32,000 bases of DNA from Candidatus Saccharimonadota bacterium (GTDB taxonomy: Bacteria > Patescibacteriota > Patescibacteriia > 2-12-FULL-60-25), in the NCBI GenBank assembly GCA_023898425.1, contig CP060222.1, positions 510,001 through 542,000 on the forward strand. The letters run 5' to 3'. Shown in pieces: positions 14,382-23,923 of this stretch (position 1 is the stretch's first letter; each line of letters starts with the position of its first letter). Position numbers and translations under genes: made by a program. The notes beneath the pieces were generated by a model, which saw nothing but the letters and a program-made list of their open reading frames with translations, did not search any database and was not told the origin of the DNA.

Positions 14382-14514
14382 ACTCTCTCCCACTACCCCA
14401 CTCCTCTACTTGTGTAATTTATTATTAATTTTATTCTTTCACATAGACGCGTCCCGGTACGCGTACATCGATATAATCGTAAAGCTTTTTCTCGCCTTCA
14501 TCTGTTTTTTTAAA

Positions 14515-15288
14515 TTATTGATACGTCTTTACCTGCATATCTATGGAGGCTGTGATATCCATAATGACTTCTTCGCCATTTTGCGCGAGCACCTCTAACT
14601 GCGTGCTTGATACTGTGGGCGGTGTAAACTCACGAAATTCCATGCCTGCTTTGCGTAAACTATCGTGAAGCTCAATCCATTCTTTTACTTCTCGTACATC
14701 ACCTGTGGTAAAACCCTGTGAAATACCTTCGTCGAGATTGCGTTTGATAATAGGCGCATCATTTGCGTTGGCTGCACGATGCCCAAGGAGTCTTGCTTGT
14801 GCATCTTTTTTTTCTGTTTCATTAAGTTCTGAAGTAACAATACCGTGCAAATCTACCCAGGCGTACTGTTGTCGTGAATGAAAGATAATGCGCTTCGCTC
14901 GTTCTTCTACAGTGATATCGATAGACTGACCAAAGTGTTTTTTTACCGTTACATTGGCCGCAAAGAGTCGTTCTCGTAATACCGTCTCAAGTGCCTTCTC
15001 ATCGAGAAACCACGAATGTCGCTTTGGCCAAGGTCGCCATTGCTGGCGATCATCAAGAATACGAAATACTTCTTTTGTTACGTCAGTTTCATCAAGCGCC
15101 TGTAGGCCTGTCGCACGAACCTCGTTAATCTGTAACGCGTCAGACATCAAGATGACGTATGACCACCCGATGACTGCAATAATGCCAAACAACCCAAAAA
15201 CCGTATCGCGACGCGAAAAACTTCGTGAACGCAAAAAATCATTAAGTTCACTATTTCGATATCGAACCGATCTTCGTGGTATATCCAT
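14515..15288 (-). CDS. ftsQ: cell division protein FtsQ/DivIB-like (POTRA domain)
   Basis: N-terminal cytoplasmic tail, one TM helix (VFGLFGIIAVIGWSYVILM), and a POTRA-like LQINEVRATGLQALDETDV. It lies directly downstream of ddl, which is the classic gene order. Confidence 0.75.
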   Translation of the reverse strand: MDIPRRSVRYRNSELNDFLRSRSFSRRDTVFGLFGIIAVIGWSYVILMSDALQINEVRATGLQALDETDVTKEVFRILDDRQQWRPWPKRHSWFLDEKALETVLRERLFAANVTVKKHFGQSIDITVEERAKRIIFHSRQQYAWVDLHGIVTSELNETEKKDAQARLLGHRAANANDAPIIKRNLDEGISQGFTTGDVREVKEWIELHDSLRKAGMEFREFTPPTVSSTQLEVLAQNGEEVIMDITASIDMQVKTYQ

Positions 15289-15290
15289 GG

Positions 15291-16241
15291 TTAGGACTTC
15301 ATTATGGCATCTTGAATCAAGATATTCAAAAACTGCTCAAAGGTAATACCAGCGACCTTAAGTTCACGTGGCAATAATGACGCGGGCGTTAAGCCTGGCA
15401 ACGTATTCGTCTCAAGTAATACGAGCCCTTTTTTTGGATGAAGAAGAATGTCCGTTCGAGAGTAGGATGAACAACCCAATACTTGATGCGCTTTTAAAGC
15501 CAGGGCTTGGGCTTTACGCGTTAGAGCTGCGCTTATAGGCGCCGGACAAATCTCTTCGGTCGATGTATCGTGGTATTTAGCTTCATACGTAAATTGACCA
15601 TTTTTTGCACGAATTTCTACCGGCGCCAAAGCGCTCTCGCCTAATACACCTACCGTAAGTTCACGACCCTGAATATATTCTTCGATAAGAATCTTGTCGT
15701 GTTTACGCAATAACTTTGTGATGATTGCCTCCCATTGGGTCTTTGGTGGATTAATAGAGACTCCAACACTCGAACCATCGCTAATAGGCTTAACGACAAT
15801 AGCACCGCCAAGCGTCGCGATCTTGCGTCGTAAAATATTTTGCCTATCATCCTTCCATGCTCTTCTGTCGATAATGAGATCTTTCGCCACTGGTAAACCG
15901 TAGGTACGATAGACATCCTTTGCTCGACTCTTATCCATGGCTAATGCTGACGAAAGAACACCGGACCCTGTATATGGGACATTCAAAAGCTCCAGCATTC
16001 CTTGGATGCTGCCATCTTCGCCACCCGGTCCATGCAAAGCAATAAAAACAACATCGTGCTTTGCTTTTTTTAACGCCTGAAAAAACACTTCAAGATCTTC
16101 TATGAGATCATAAGCTTTTGTACGATACCCAGCATTTTTCAATCCCTTTATGACAGCAGCCCCTGTAATAAGCGACACTTCTCTCTCTGCAGATTCACCA
16201 CCCATGATGACGGCAACTCGTAATGCTGGCTTCTTTACCAT
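15291..16241 (-). CDS. ddl: D-alanine--D-alanine ligase
   Basis: RVAVIMGGESAEREVSLITG, VFIALHGPGGEDGSIQGMLE and an ATP-grasp C-terminal half (LETNTLPGLTP). The start is placed at the ATG at 16241; the track uses an upstream GTG. Confidence 0.93.
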   Translation of the reverse strand: MVKKPALRVAVIMGGESAEREVSLITGAAVIKGLKNAGYRTKAYDLIEDLEVFFQALKKAKHDVVFIALHGPGGEDGSIQGMLELLNVPYTGSGVLSSALAMDKSRAKDVYRTYGLPVAKDLIIDRRAWKDDRQNILRRKIATLGGAIVVKPISDGSSVGVSINPPKTQWEAIITKLLRKHDKILIEEYIQGRELTVGVLGESALAPVEIRAKNGQFTYEAKYHDTSTEEICPAPISAALTRKAQALALKAHQVLGCSSYSRTDILLHPKKGLVLLETNTLPGLTPASLLPRELKVAGITFEQFLNILIQDAIMKS

Positions 16242-16278
16242 ATGTACGGAGTATAACGCAGAAACAAGCACATCGTAA

Positions 16279-17385
16279 CTAGTCTACAACAATACGCGAA
16301 AGGTGCGGGCTAATACGCGTTACGATTTCATAATGAATGGTCTTGGCCAACGTTGCTAGCTCATCTGCACTTACTTCATTATCGCCTTGCTTACCGAGTA
16401 AAACGACTTCATCGCCAACCTGTACTGATTGAATGTTTGTAATATCCACCATGCACATATTCATGCATATGCGCCCAATGATTTTGCAACACTTACCACC
16501 AATTAAAACGTAAGCGCGTGATGAAAAAGCCTCACGATCAAACCCGTCATAATAACCAATAGGCAAAACGGCAATGACAGAATCTTTTTCTACCACCTCC
16601 GTCAAACCGTAGCTTACGGGAGTACCCGCTTTGAGTTGTTTGATTTGTGCGATACGTGTTTTCCACGAGAGTACCGGCCGTAGGGTGAATGTGGATTGTT
16701 CACGAATACGTTCTGAAGGCCAAAGACCGTATTGCGCGATACCAATTCGACAATAATCATAACGAATGTCTGGATACATCAACGCCGCACCACTGGCAGA
16801 GAGATGAATACTTACTGAATCAAATTTGTATTCATTTAAAATTTCAATAGCTTTTTGAAGTTCTCGATTTTGCTTATCGGTATAGTCTCTATCTGCAACA
16901 TCTTCTACGTTCGCAAGGTGCGAATAAAGCCCTTCAAGAAAAAGGTCATTCTTTTTTATATCATCCAAAAAATCAGGCAATTCTTTGAGTGTAATCCCTT
17001 GGCGAGATAGGCCAGTTTCAATTGGAAGATGGATCCCCACTTGCCTCTTTAATTGCCTAAGAACACGTAAATATTCACGGTGATAACAGGTTATAGAGAC
17101 ATTTTCCAAAGCATCTAAATCAACGAGCTGATCTTCTGGGATAAAACCCATGATGATAATTGGTGTATCAATACCCTCCCCTCTTAACTGCTGTGCTTCT
17201 TCTATTGAATCCACGCCTAGTAAAGCAATACCGACTTCTTGTGCGAGCTTTGCGCTAACCAAAAGACCATGACCATAAGCATTGGCTTTGATCATGGCTA
17301 TTGGTTTTGCTGGTTGGATAGCGTCTGTTATTACCTTCCAATTATGCTGCCAAGCAGAACGTGAAATCTCAACCCAGCTACGCAT
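16279..17385 (-). CDS. alr: alanine racemase
   Basis: PLP-lysine motif MIKANAYGHG, and a full-length match in domain order. Confidence 0.93.
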   Translation of the reverse strand: MRSWVEISRSAWQHNWKVITDAIQPAKPIAMIKANAYGHGLLVSAKLAQEVGIALLGVDSIEEAQQLRGEGIDTPIIIMGFIPEDQLVDLDALENVSITCYHREYLRVLRQLKRQVGIHLPIETGLSRQGITLKELPDFLDDIKKNDLFLEGLYSHLANVEDVADRDYTDKQNRELQKAIEILNEYKFDSVSIHLSASGAALMYPDIRYDYCRIGIAQYGLWPSERIREQSTFTLRPVLSWKTRIAQIKQLKAGTPVSYGLTEVVEKDSVIAVLPIGYYDGFDREAFSSRAYVLIGGKCCKIIGRICMNMCMVDITNIQSVQVGDEVVLLGKQGDNEVSADELATLAKTIHYEIVTRISPHLSRIVVD

Positions 17386-17388
17386 AGA

Positions 17389-18657
17389 TTATTGGATCGT
17401 ATCAAAACCGGTATAAGGAACCAGTACATCAGGAACCTTAATCGAACCATCTTCTTGTTGGTAGTTTTCGAGTACGGCAATCAAAGCGCGTGCGAGTGAA
17501 ATAGCCGTTCCGTTGAGTGTATGCGCATAGGCCAATGTACCGTCTTTGCCCTTCACACGAACATTTAAACGACGTGATTGGTAGTCTGTGCAGTTTGAGG
17601 TTGATGTTACTTCGCCATAACCACCTTTGCCGTCACCGCGACCCCACATCCAGGCCTCTAGATCGTATTTACGATAAGCAGGACCACCAAGATCACCCGA
17701 GCAAATATCAATCACCTGGTAAGGGATACCGAGCTTAGTAAAAATGCGTTCTTCTAACCGTAAGAGTTCGAGATGAAGCGCTTCGCTTTGCTCTGGTGTG
17801 CAAAAAATAAACATCTCCACTTTTGCAAATTGATGTACGCGATAAAGACCATAGGATTCGCGTCCATAAGCACCCGCCTCAGTACGATAGCAATGCGATA
17901 CACCAACATATTTCAATGGCAATTGCTCTTCAGTGAGTACCTCGTCTTTATGATAACCACCGAGCGTAATCTCTGCCGTACCAACAAGTGAAAGATCGGT
18001 ACCTTCAATAGAGTACGTCTGCGTCTCGTTACCGCGAGGGTTAAAGCCCGTTCCAACCAATACTTCATCACGCGCTACATCTGGCGTAGACATCGCCATA
18101 TAGCCCTCGGCACTGATTTCTTTCATTGCCCAAAGGATAAGCGCCTGCTCTAGTATGGCGAGCTTATCTTTCAAGAAATAAAACTTTGCTCCTGAAACTT
18201 TTGCTGCACGTTCAAAGTCGATTAAGCCAAGCTTATCCGCGAGCTCAACATGGCTCTTTGGATTGCTAAGCTGCTTAATCTCGCCGATGGTACGTAATAC
18301 CTTATTATCATCATCTGTAGAACCGATTGGTGCATCAGGATGTAAAATATTTGGAATCAACAAAAAGGCCGCCTTCCATTCAGTCTCTACGGCTGCATAC
18401 GCGGCTTCTTTTGTTGCGATAGCCTCTTTTAACGCCTTACCTCTTTCGATAAGTGCTGGGCGATCCTCAGCGCTTGCCTTTGGTGTTTGTGCGGCGATTT
18501 CGTTGCGTTCTTTGCGAAGCAGGTCTACTTCTTTTTGTAGGCTAACGCGTTGTTCATCGAGTGCTAAAACACCATCCACATCACATGTGATGCGTTTTTT
18601 GGCTGCATGATCTTTTACGAGCTCAGCGTTTTCGCGCAAAAATTTAATATCTAACAT
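17389..18657 (-). CDS. serS: seryl-tRNA synthetase
   Basis: The N-terminus MLDIKFLRENAELV begins the coiled-coil tRNA-binding arm. Class II motifs are present (FRTEAG-like CYRTEAGAYGR; GTAISLARAL-type motif 3). The start at the ATG at 18657 lies 4 nt after the lysS stop. Confidence 0.95.
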   Translation of the reverse strand: MLDIKFLRENAELVKDHAAKKRITCDVDGVLALDEQRVSLQKEVDLLRKERNEIAAQTPKASAEDRPALIERGKALKEAIATKEAAYAAVETEWKAAFLLIPNILHPDAPIGSTDDDNKVLRTIGEIKQLSNPKSHVELADKLGLIDFERAAKVSGAKFYFLKDKLAILEQALILWAMKEISAEGYMAMSTPDVARDEVLVGTGFNPRGNETQTYSIEGTDLSLVGTAEITLGGYHKDEVLTEEQLPLKYVGVSHCYRTEAGAYGRESYGLYRVHQFAKVEMFIFCTPEQSEALHLELLRLEERIFTKLGIPYQVIDICSGDLGGPAYRKYDLEAWMWGRGDGKGGYGEVTSTSNCTDYQSRRLNVRVKGKDGTLAYAHTLNGTAISLARALIAVLENYQQEDGSIKVPDVLVPYTGFDTIQ

Positions 18658-18661
18658 AGTT

Positions 18662-20128
18662 TTATTGTTTAGGACGAAGCGTTGGATAAAGAATAATCTC
18701 TTTGAGAGACGGTACTCCGGCCAAGATAGCAGCAAAACGATCGATACCTATACCCATACCAGCCGCTGGTGGCATGCCATGCTCAAGCGCTTCTAAAAAT
18801 TCTTCGTCTTTAGGCTGAGCGACTTCACTCCCCGCCTCTGCTTGTTTTGCCTCAATGTCAAAACGCGAACGTTGATCGATAGGGTCATTTAACTCGTGAT
18901 AGTACGCGTTAATAACTTCGGCGCCATGAATAATGAGCTGTGCTGCTGCAGACTTTGTTGGATCTTCGGCGCGATTTGCCAAAGGCTTCATCTCAACCGG
19001 ATAATCAAGCACCCACACAGGGCCCACAATTGCCTTACGCGCGGTTTTTTTATATAACTCGTCCAAGTACTCACCAAGACCGACACAGCCTTTAAAATCG
19101 ACCTTCACTTTATTTGCCTTAATCTCGGTGATAAGTCCTGGAATATCCTTTACCGTATCAATATCAATATTGCAGGCGTTTAAAATAGCTTCACGGAAGG
19201 TAAGTCGCGGGAAAGGCGCTTTAAACGAAAGGTTACCATCCGCATGTTCAACTTCGGTTGTACCAAGTACTGATTGTACCGCTTGAGCGACCATCTGCTC
19301 CAAGAACGAGAGGTACTCGTCTTTTTTTGCATATGCCCAATACATCTCAAGGAGAGTGAACTCTGGATTATGCGAATGATCGATGCCTTCGTTTCTAAAA
19401 CAACGCCCAATTTCATAGATCTTCTCAAAGCCCGCCACAAGCATACGCTTAAGATAAAGTTCTGGCGCAATACGTAAATAGAGATCAATATCGAGCGCAT
19501 TATGATGCGTCACAAAAGGCTTAGCGTTAGCTCCACCTGGCATGGCTTGAAGCATCGGTGTTTCGATCTCGAGAAAATCTGCTTTGTTTAAGAAATCCCG
19601 AAAAGCTGATACGAGCTTAGAGCGTAAAACAAAACGACTACGAACATCGGCGTTTGTAAGAATATCTAATTCACGCTGACGAAAGCGCATCTCCACATCT
19701 TGCAAACCATGCCATTTTTCAGGCAATGGTAAAAGAGCTTTTGAGACCATGCGATAAGAAGAGACGGCAATCGTCTTCTCCCCTCTTTGGGTAATAAATG
19801 GAATACCCGTCACTTGTGCAAAGTCACCCGCATCAAAGAGATCGCGAAAATACGAGAACAACTCCTCGCCCATCTCATCTTGGCGAAAAGAGATTTGCAT
19901 TCTTCCTGTACCATCTTGCAAATCAGCAAACATCATTCCGCCATGGACGCGCATCACCATTAAACGTCCAACGATAGTAACTTCGGTTTTTTGTTCTGCT
20001 AGTGAATCAAAATCAGCAAGAACAGCAGAGATCTCATGCGAGCGCTCTGCTTGTTTTGGATAAGGATCCATTCCTAATTCTTTTGCCCGTTCAAGCTTGT
20101 CTAAGCGGACTCTGCGTTCGTCGATCAT
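18662..20128 (-). CDS. lysS: lysyl-tRNA synthetase, class II
   Basis: OB-fold anticodon-binding N-domain (VTIVGRLMVMRVHGGMMFADLQDGTGRMQ) and class II core motifs (FRNEGID, GMGIGIDR). Confidence 0.95.
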   Translation of the reverse strand: MIDERRVRLDKLERAKELGMDPYPKQAERSHEISAVLADFDSLAEQKTEVTIVGRLMVMRVHGGMMFADLQDGTGRMQISFRQDEMGEELFSYFRDLFDAGDFAQVTGIPFITQRGEKTIAVSSYRMVSKALLPLPEKWHGLQDVEMRFRQRELDILTNADVRSRFVLRSKLVSAFRDFLNKADFLEIETPMLQAMPGGANAKPFVTHHNALDIDLYLRIAPELYLKRMLVAGFEKIYEIGRCFRNEGIDHSHNPEFTLLEMYWAYAKKDEYLSFLEQMVAQAVQSVLGTTEVEHADGNLSFKAPFPRLTFREAILNACNIDIDTVKDIPGLITEIKANKVKVDFKGCVGLGEYLDELYKKTARKAIVGPVWVLDYPVEMKPLANRAEDPTKSAAAQLIIHGAEVINAYYHELNDPIDQRSRFDIEAKQAEAGSEVAQPKDEEFLEALEHGMPPAAGMGIGIDRFAAILAGVPSLKEIILYPTLRPKQ

Positions 20129-20140
20129 ACGACGCCAAGA

Positions 20141-20599
20141 TTAACGGATTTGCTTCACTTCGTACACTGTTGTGCCAGAAGGTGTTTGCACAGGGACTTT
20201 TTGACCGCTGGTCGCACCCAATAATGCCGCGCCGATTGGGGACTCGTTTGAGATTTTGCCTGCAAGCGGGTCAGCTTCATTTGAACCTACAATCGTAAAT
20301 TCTTTTTCTTTGCCGTTTACGGAAACACTTACGGTTGAGCCAATACGTACAGCACCGCCAACTTGTGCCTCAACAATAACCGCATTCTTGAGTATATCTT
20401 CAATTTCAAGGATACGACCCTCAACAAATCCAAGCGCGTCCTTAGCCTCATGATACTCTGCATTTTCTGAGAGATCACCAAGAGCCTTTGCTTCCTCGAT
20501 ACGAAGAGCAAGTTCACGGCGTTTTACGGTTTTTAACTGATGGAGCTCTTCTTTTACTTTTTCAAGAAATTCAGGGCTTACGTATTGGGTATTGTTCAT
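20141..20599 (-). CDS. greA: transcription elongation factor GreA
   Basis: The N-terminal coiled coil with the acidic tip motif (GDLSENAEYHEAK) and the C-terminal globular domain are both present. Confidence 0.92.
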   Translation of the reverse strand: MNNTQYVSPEFLEKVKEELHQLKTVKRRELALRIEEAKALGDLSENAEYHEAKDALGFVEGRILEIEDILKNAVIVEAQVGGAVRIGSTVSVSVNGKEKEFTIVGSNEADPLAGKISNESPIGAALLGATSGQKVPVQTPSGTTVYEVKQIR

Positions 20600-20620
20600 A
20601 GGGTTTTAGGGATATAACGA

Positions 20621-20646
20621 AAGAAAAACGGCGGCTTTCCCGCTCG
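20621..20646 (-). terminator. intrinsic terminator inside the greA leader
   Basis: On the minus strand: cg(a)gcgg GAAAG ccgccg followed by UUUUUCUUU. It lies between the greA promoter and the greA ATG at 20599. Confidence 0.55.
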
Positions 20647-20662
20647 TTTTCTTAACTCCTCG

Positions 20663-20691
20663 ATAGTAGCCTTAGCAGATTAAGCTGTCAA
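20663..20691 (-). promoter_or_regulatory. sigma70-type promoter for greA
   Basis: On the minus strand: TTGACA (20691-20686), a 17-nt spacer, then TACTAT (20668-20663). It begins 10 nt after the mrdA stop. Confidence 0.6.
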
Positions 20692-20700
20692 TCCGGCTTC

Positions 20701-22614
20701 TTATTGGCTTGTTACACTTGAGGAATTACGCATGTCCCACCAAGCCTGTAATACTTTTTGCGCTACCGGAACTGCAACCGACGAACCCTCTCCTCCTTCT
20801 TCAAGTAATACCGTTACAACAATCTCTGGATTTTCATATGGCGCAAAGCTCGTGAACCAGGCGTGATTCGGCTTATCAGTCGCCCACTGAGCGGTACCGG
20901 TTTTACCGGCCACATCTACAGACATTGTAGAAAGGCGGCGGCACGAACCAACCGTAACACAATCTCTCATACCAGCTCTTACCGTATTGATAATATCCTC
21001 ATTAGCAATACGCTCTTTTGAGAGTGTCTCTGTACCTGTATCTCGTTTAAGGTGTGGCGTTACACGGTACCCTCCATTTGCGATAGCTGCTGTATACGCG
21101 GCCACTTGTATTGGTGTTACCAATAAATCACCCTGACCAATCGAGAGATTATACGTATCACCAACATACCAACGCTCATTCTTTTTTTCTAACTTCCACT
21201 CTTGAGAAGGTACGAAGCCTTCATCTTCACCCGTAAGATCTATCCCCGTTTTTTCTGAAAGTCCAAAGCGTCGCATCCAGTCTGTCATCTTATCAACGCC
21301 GAGACCCGTGATGGTGCCATATCCACCGCCAACAGTGTAGAAGAACGTATTCACCGAATTCGCAATTGCTCCTCGGACATTAACAACCCCGTGACCACCC
21401 GCCTTCCAGTCAGGAAAGAACCATTGGCCAATACGAATACCACCTGTAGAAAGAACGGTTGTATTAGGAGTGACGATTTGTTCAGCTAATGCCGCTGTAG
21501 CAACAATAATCTTCGCCGTTGATCCAGACGGATGACTCCCCTGCCAGGCACGAGCAAATAACGGACGATTCTCATTTGTAAGCAAGGCCGAATAGACGGT
21601 CGAAGAGACTTTTCCTGAAAACAGATTATTGTCATAAGCAGGCCACGAAACCAGTGCGAGCACAGATCCATCACGTGGATCGAGCGCAATAACCGCACCT
21701 CTCTCAGCTTTTGCTGTCGCGAGCCACTCCTTAAGTGAATCTTCTGCTACTTTTTGCAATCTTGTGTCTAAGCTCAGTTCAAGATCTGCGCCATCAATTG
21801 CCGCTTGCTCGCCTACCAGAACACCTGCTCTGCCTCGTGCATCGACTTCTGAGGTACGAAAGCCTTTTTCGCCTTTTAACAATGACTCATACGCTTTTTC
21901 TAAACCTGTCTTACCGATAGTATCTACACGGCTATAGCCATCTACCTTTAACACGTCTAATTCTTTTTGTGTGATGATGCCAGCATAACCCAGCAAGTGT
22001 GATAATGATTCAATTTCACCACTCTCTGGATACTTACGACGCGCCGCTACCTGCAACTCAAAAGCAGGAAGATTTGGTTGCTCGATAGCAAAAGCCAATG
22101 ACTGCTCGTAACCCACTTCTTCTGCAACAACAACCGTCTCATCAAAAACAGAAGAGTTCGCCTCAGCATAAGGCTGAATATCATTAATTGATATACCCAA
22201 TACTCGTGCTGCTCGACCAATCATGTCATCGGCTGCTTGTTTATCGAGCGGTAAGCGTGATGGCGTAAAAGCAACTTGAAAACGCGGGATATTTTCTGCC
22301 AACACAACACCATTACGATCTTTGATAATCCCTCTTCTCGCAAAAAGTGATTCTTTACGTAGACGATTGTTTTCAGCTTTTGCACGATAATCTTTGCCTT
22401 GCACCACTTGCATCCACCCTGCACGGCTAAGTAAAGCGATTAAGATCATTACTGCAAAACCAGAGGATGCAATAAAACGCTTTCGCGCAAATGATCCACC
22501 AACAAAAAGCTGTCTACCGCGCAAAGAAGTAATATCTTGCTCAAATAAGACCTCATGCTGTAGGTCTGCTCCGAAGCCACGCTGAAAAAGCTTTTTTAAA
22601 ATATTACGACCCAT
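20701..22614 (-). CDS. mrdA: penicillin-binding protein 2 (elongasome transpeptidase)
   Basis: N-terminal TM anchor and PBP dimerisation domain. Transpeptidase motifs are SxxK (STAK), SxN (SVN) and KTG (KTGTA). It lies immediately after mreBCD. Confidence 0.9.
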   Translation of the reverse strand: MGRNILKKLFQRGFGADLQHEVLFEQDITSLRGRQLFVGGSFARKRFIASSGFAVMILIALLSRAGWMQVVQGKDYRAKAENNRLRKESLFARRGIIKDRNGVVLAENIPRFQVAFTPSRLPLDKQAADDMIGRAARVLGISINDIQPYAEANSSVFDETVVVAEEVGYEQSLAFAIEQPNLPAFELQVAARRKYPESGEIESLSHLLGYAGIITQKELDVLKVDGYSRVDTIGKTGLEKAYESLLKGEKGFRTSEVDARGRAGVLVGEQAAIDGADLELSLDTRLQKVAEDSLKEWLATAKAERGAVIALDPRDGSVLALVSWPAYDNNLFSGKVSSTVYSALLTNENRPLFARAWQGSHPSGSTAKIIVATAALAEQIVTPNTTVLSTGGIRIGQWFFPDWKAGGHGVVNVRGAIANSVNTFFYTVGGGYGTITGLGVDKMTDWMRRFGLSEKTGIDLTGEDEGFVPSQEWKLEKKNERWYVGDTYNLSIGQGDLLVTPIQVAAYTAAIANGGYRVTPHLKRDTGTETLSKERIANEDIINTVRAGMRDCVTVGSCRRLSTMSVDVAGKTGTAQWATDKPNHAWFTSFAPYENPEIVVTVLLEEGGEGSSVAVPVAQKVLQAWWDMRNSSSVTSQ

Positions 22615-23122
22615 ATCCTTTTGATTTAAAGCGCACTAATCGTCCATCACTCCAGGAGATAATGCCATAACCAATAACGGTCAAAAGCACCTCCCATACA
22701 AGAATAGAAATCCAATGATCTGGCAAACTAAAAGAAGACGAAAAACCTAATACGATACCGATGCCAGAAAGCATCCATGCACTGAACCAATCGAGTGACT
22801 GAAACGCTAGCACCAAAAAACATACAACATAGAGCGAGCGATTCGTTAAGAAGCGCTCTGCCAACCATTGCATCAGTCCATAGATAATCGTCCAGCGTAA
22901 GAGAGCGCTATCGAAGCCATCCCAACGAAAAATATCCTGTACGGCAGCACCAACAAATAGCGCAATAAAAGCATGACGATATCGTTCTGTAAAAAAACAA
23001 AAGAATGCAAACGGCACAATAAGCCGAATAGAGATCCAAGACGGCAAAAAACTCGCACCACTAATATCCCACATGGCAAAAAGAAGGACACCAAGCAAAA
23101 AGAGTATCCATCGAATAATCAT
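22604..23122 (-). CDS. mreD: rod shape-determining protein MreD
   Basis: 172-aa polytopic membrane protein. It follows mreC with an ATGA overlap and overlaps the mrdA start by 11 nt. The call rests on position and topology. Confidence 0.7.
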   Translation of the reverse strand: MIIRWILFLLGVLLFAMWDISGASFLPSWISIRLIVPFAFFCFFTERYRHAFIALFVGAAVQDIFRWDGFDSALLRWTIIYGLMQWLAERFLTNRSLYVVCFLVLAFQSLDWFSAWMLSGIGIVLGFSSSFSLPDHWISILVWEVLLTVIGYGIISWSDGRLVRFKSKGYGS

Positions 23123-23910
23123 AGCTTTGGTGCGAGCGCTGTTGGACGCAAAACAGAAACAAGCGTTACCTCATCAAAACGCACTAATGACTCAATAGAA
23201 GCATCAATAAATGGATCTGTTGGCTGACCTCGCACAATACTGACAAATCCAATTGGTAGATTGGCAGGTACTTTTTCTTCGGTTCCTGCAGTAATAAGCA
23301 ATTGATCTGTTTTTAATTGTGCTGACGACGGAACATAGGTCAAAATCATTGCCCCATTGCCCTTACCCTCAAGAACACCTGTCAAACGCCCTTCTCCCTG
23401 CAAGGCGCTTGCTACGCGGCTTTTTGCATCCGTAAGTAAGACGACCTCGGCAACACGATCGTAGATTTGAGAAATTTTACCAATCATCACACCGTTATCG
23501 GTAATAACAGCCTGGCCGATTTCAAGCGCATCATCACGACCACGATCAATAAGAAAGGATGCCCGCTGACCTTCTAACTCACGTCGAATAACGCGTGCTC
23601 CTACTGAGTCGTAACCAGAACGATCCAAGAAACGTGCCTGTGCTTTTAATCCACGGTTTTCTTCTTCTAGCGCACGTAAGCGAACATAATCCGCTGTAAC
23701 CGCCGTGAGGCGATTTTCTAGATCCTGAATACGATCATCAGGATTTTGAGAGGTAGAAATCGAAGAACTCACTCCAACAAACCAACGGCTCATGGGGAGT
23801 AAAAGGGATTGCGCCCAATTTTGAATAGGGCGAAAAATCCCAGTCATGACAAAAACTCCGAGTAAGATTATACCCAGCGTATATCGTAGCCATCGTGGGA
23901 TCGTTGTCAT
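23119..23910 (-). CDS. mreC: rod shape-determining protein MreC
   Basis: N-terminal TM helix, a coiled coil (RIQDLENRLTAVTADYVRLRALEEENRGLKAQ) and beta-rich C-terminal domains. It lies directly downstream of mreB. Confidence 0.85.
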   Translation of the reverse strand: MTTIPRWLRYTLGIILLGVFVMTGIFRPIQNWAQSLLLPMSRWFVGVSSSISTSQNPDDRIQDLENRLTAVTADYVRLRALEEENRGLKAQARFLDRSGYDSVGARVIRRELEGQRASFLIDRGRDDALEIGQAVITDNGVMIGKISQIYDRVAEVVLLTDAKSRVASALQGEGRLTGVLEGKGNGAMILTYVPSSAQLKTDQLLITAGTEEKVPANLPIGFVSIVRGQPTDPFIDASIESLVRFDEVTLVSVLRPTALAPKL

Positions 23911-23923
23911 GCCAGTTGTTTAC

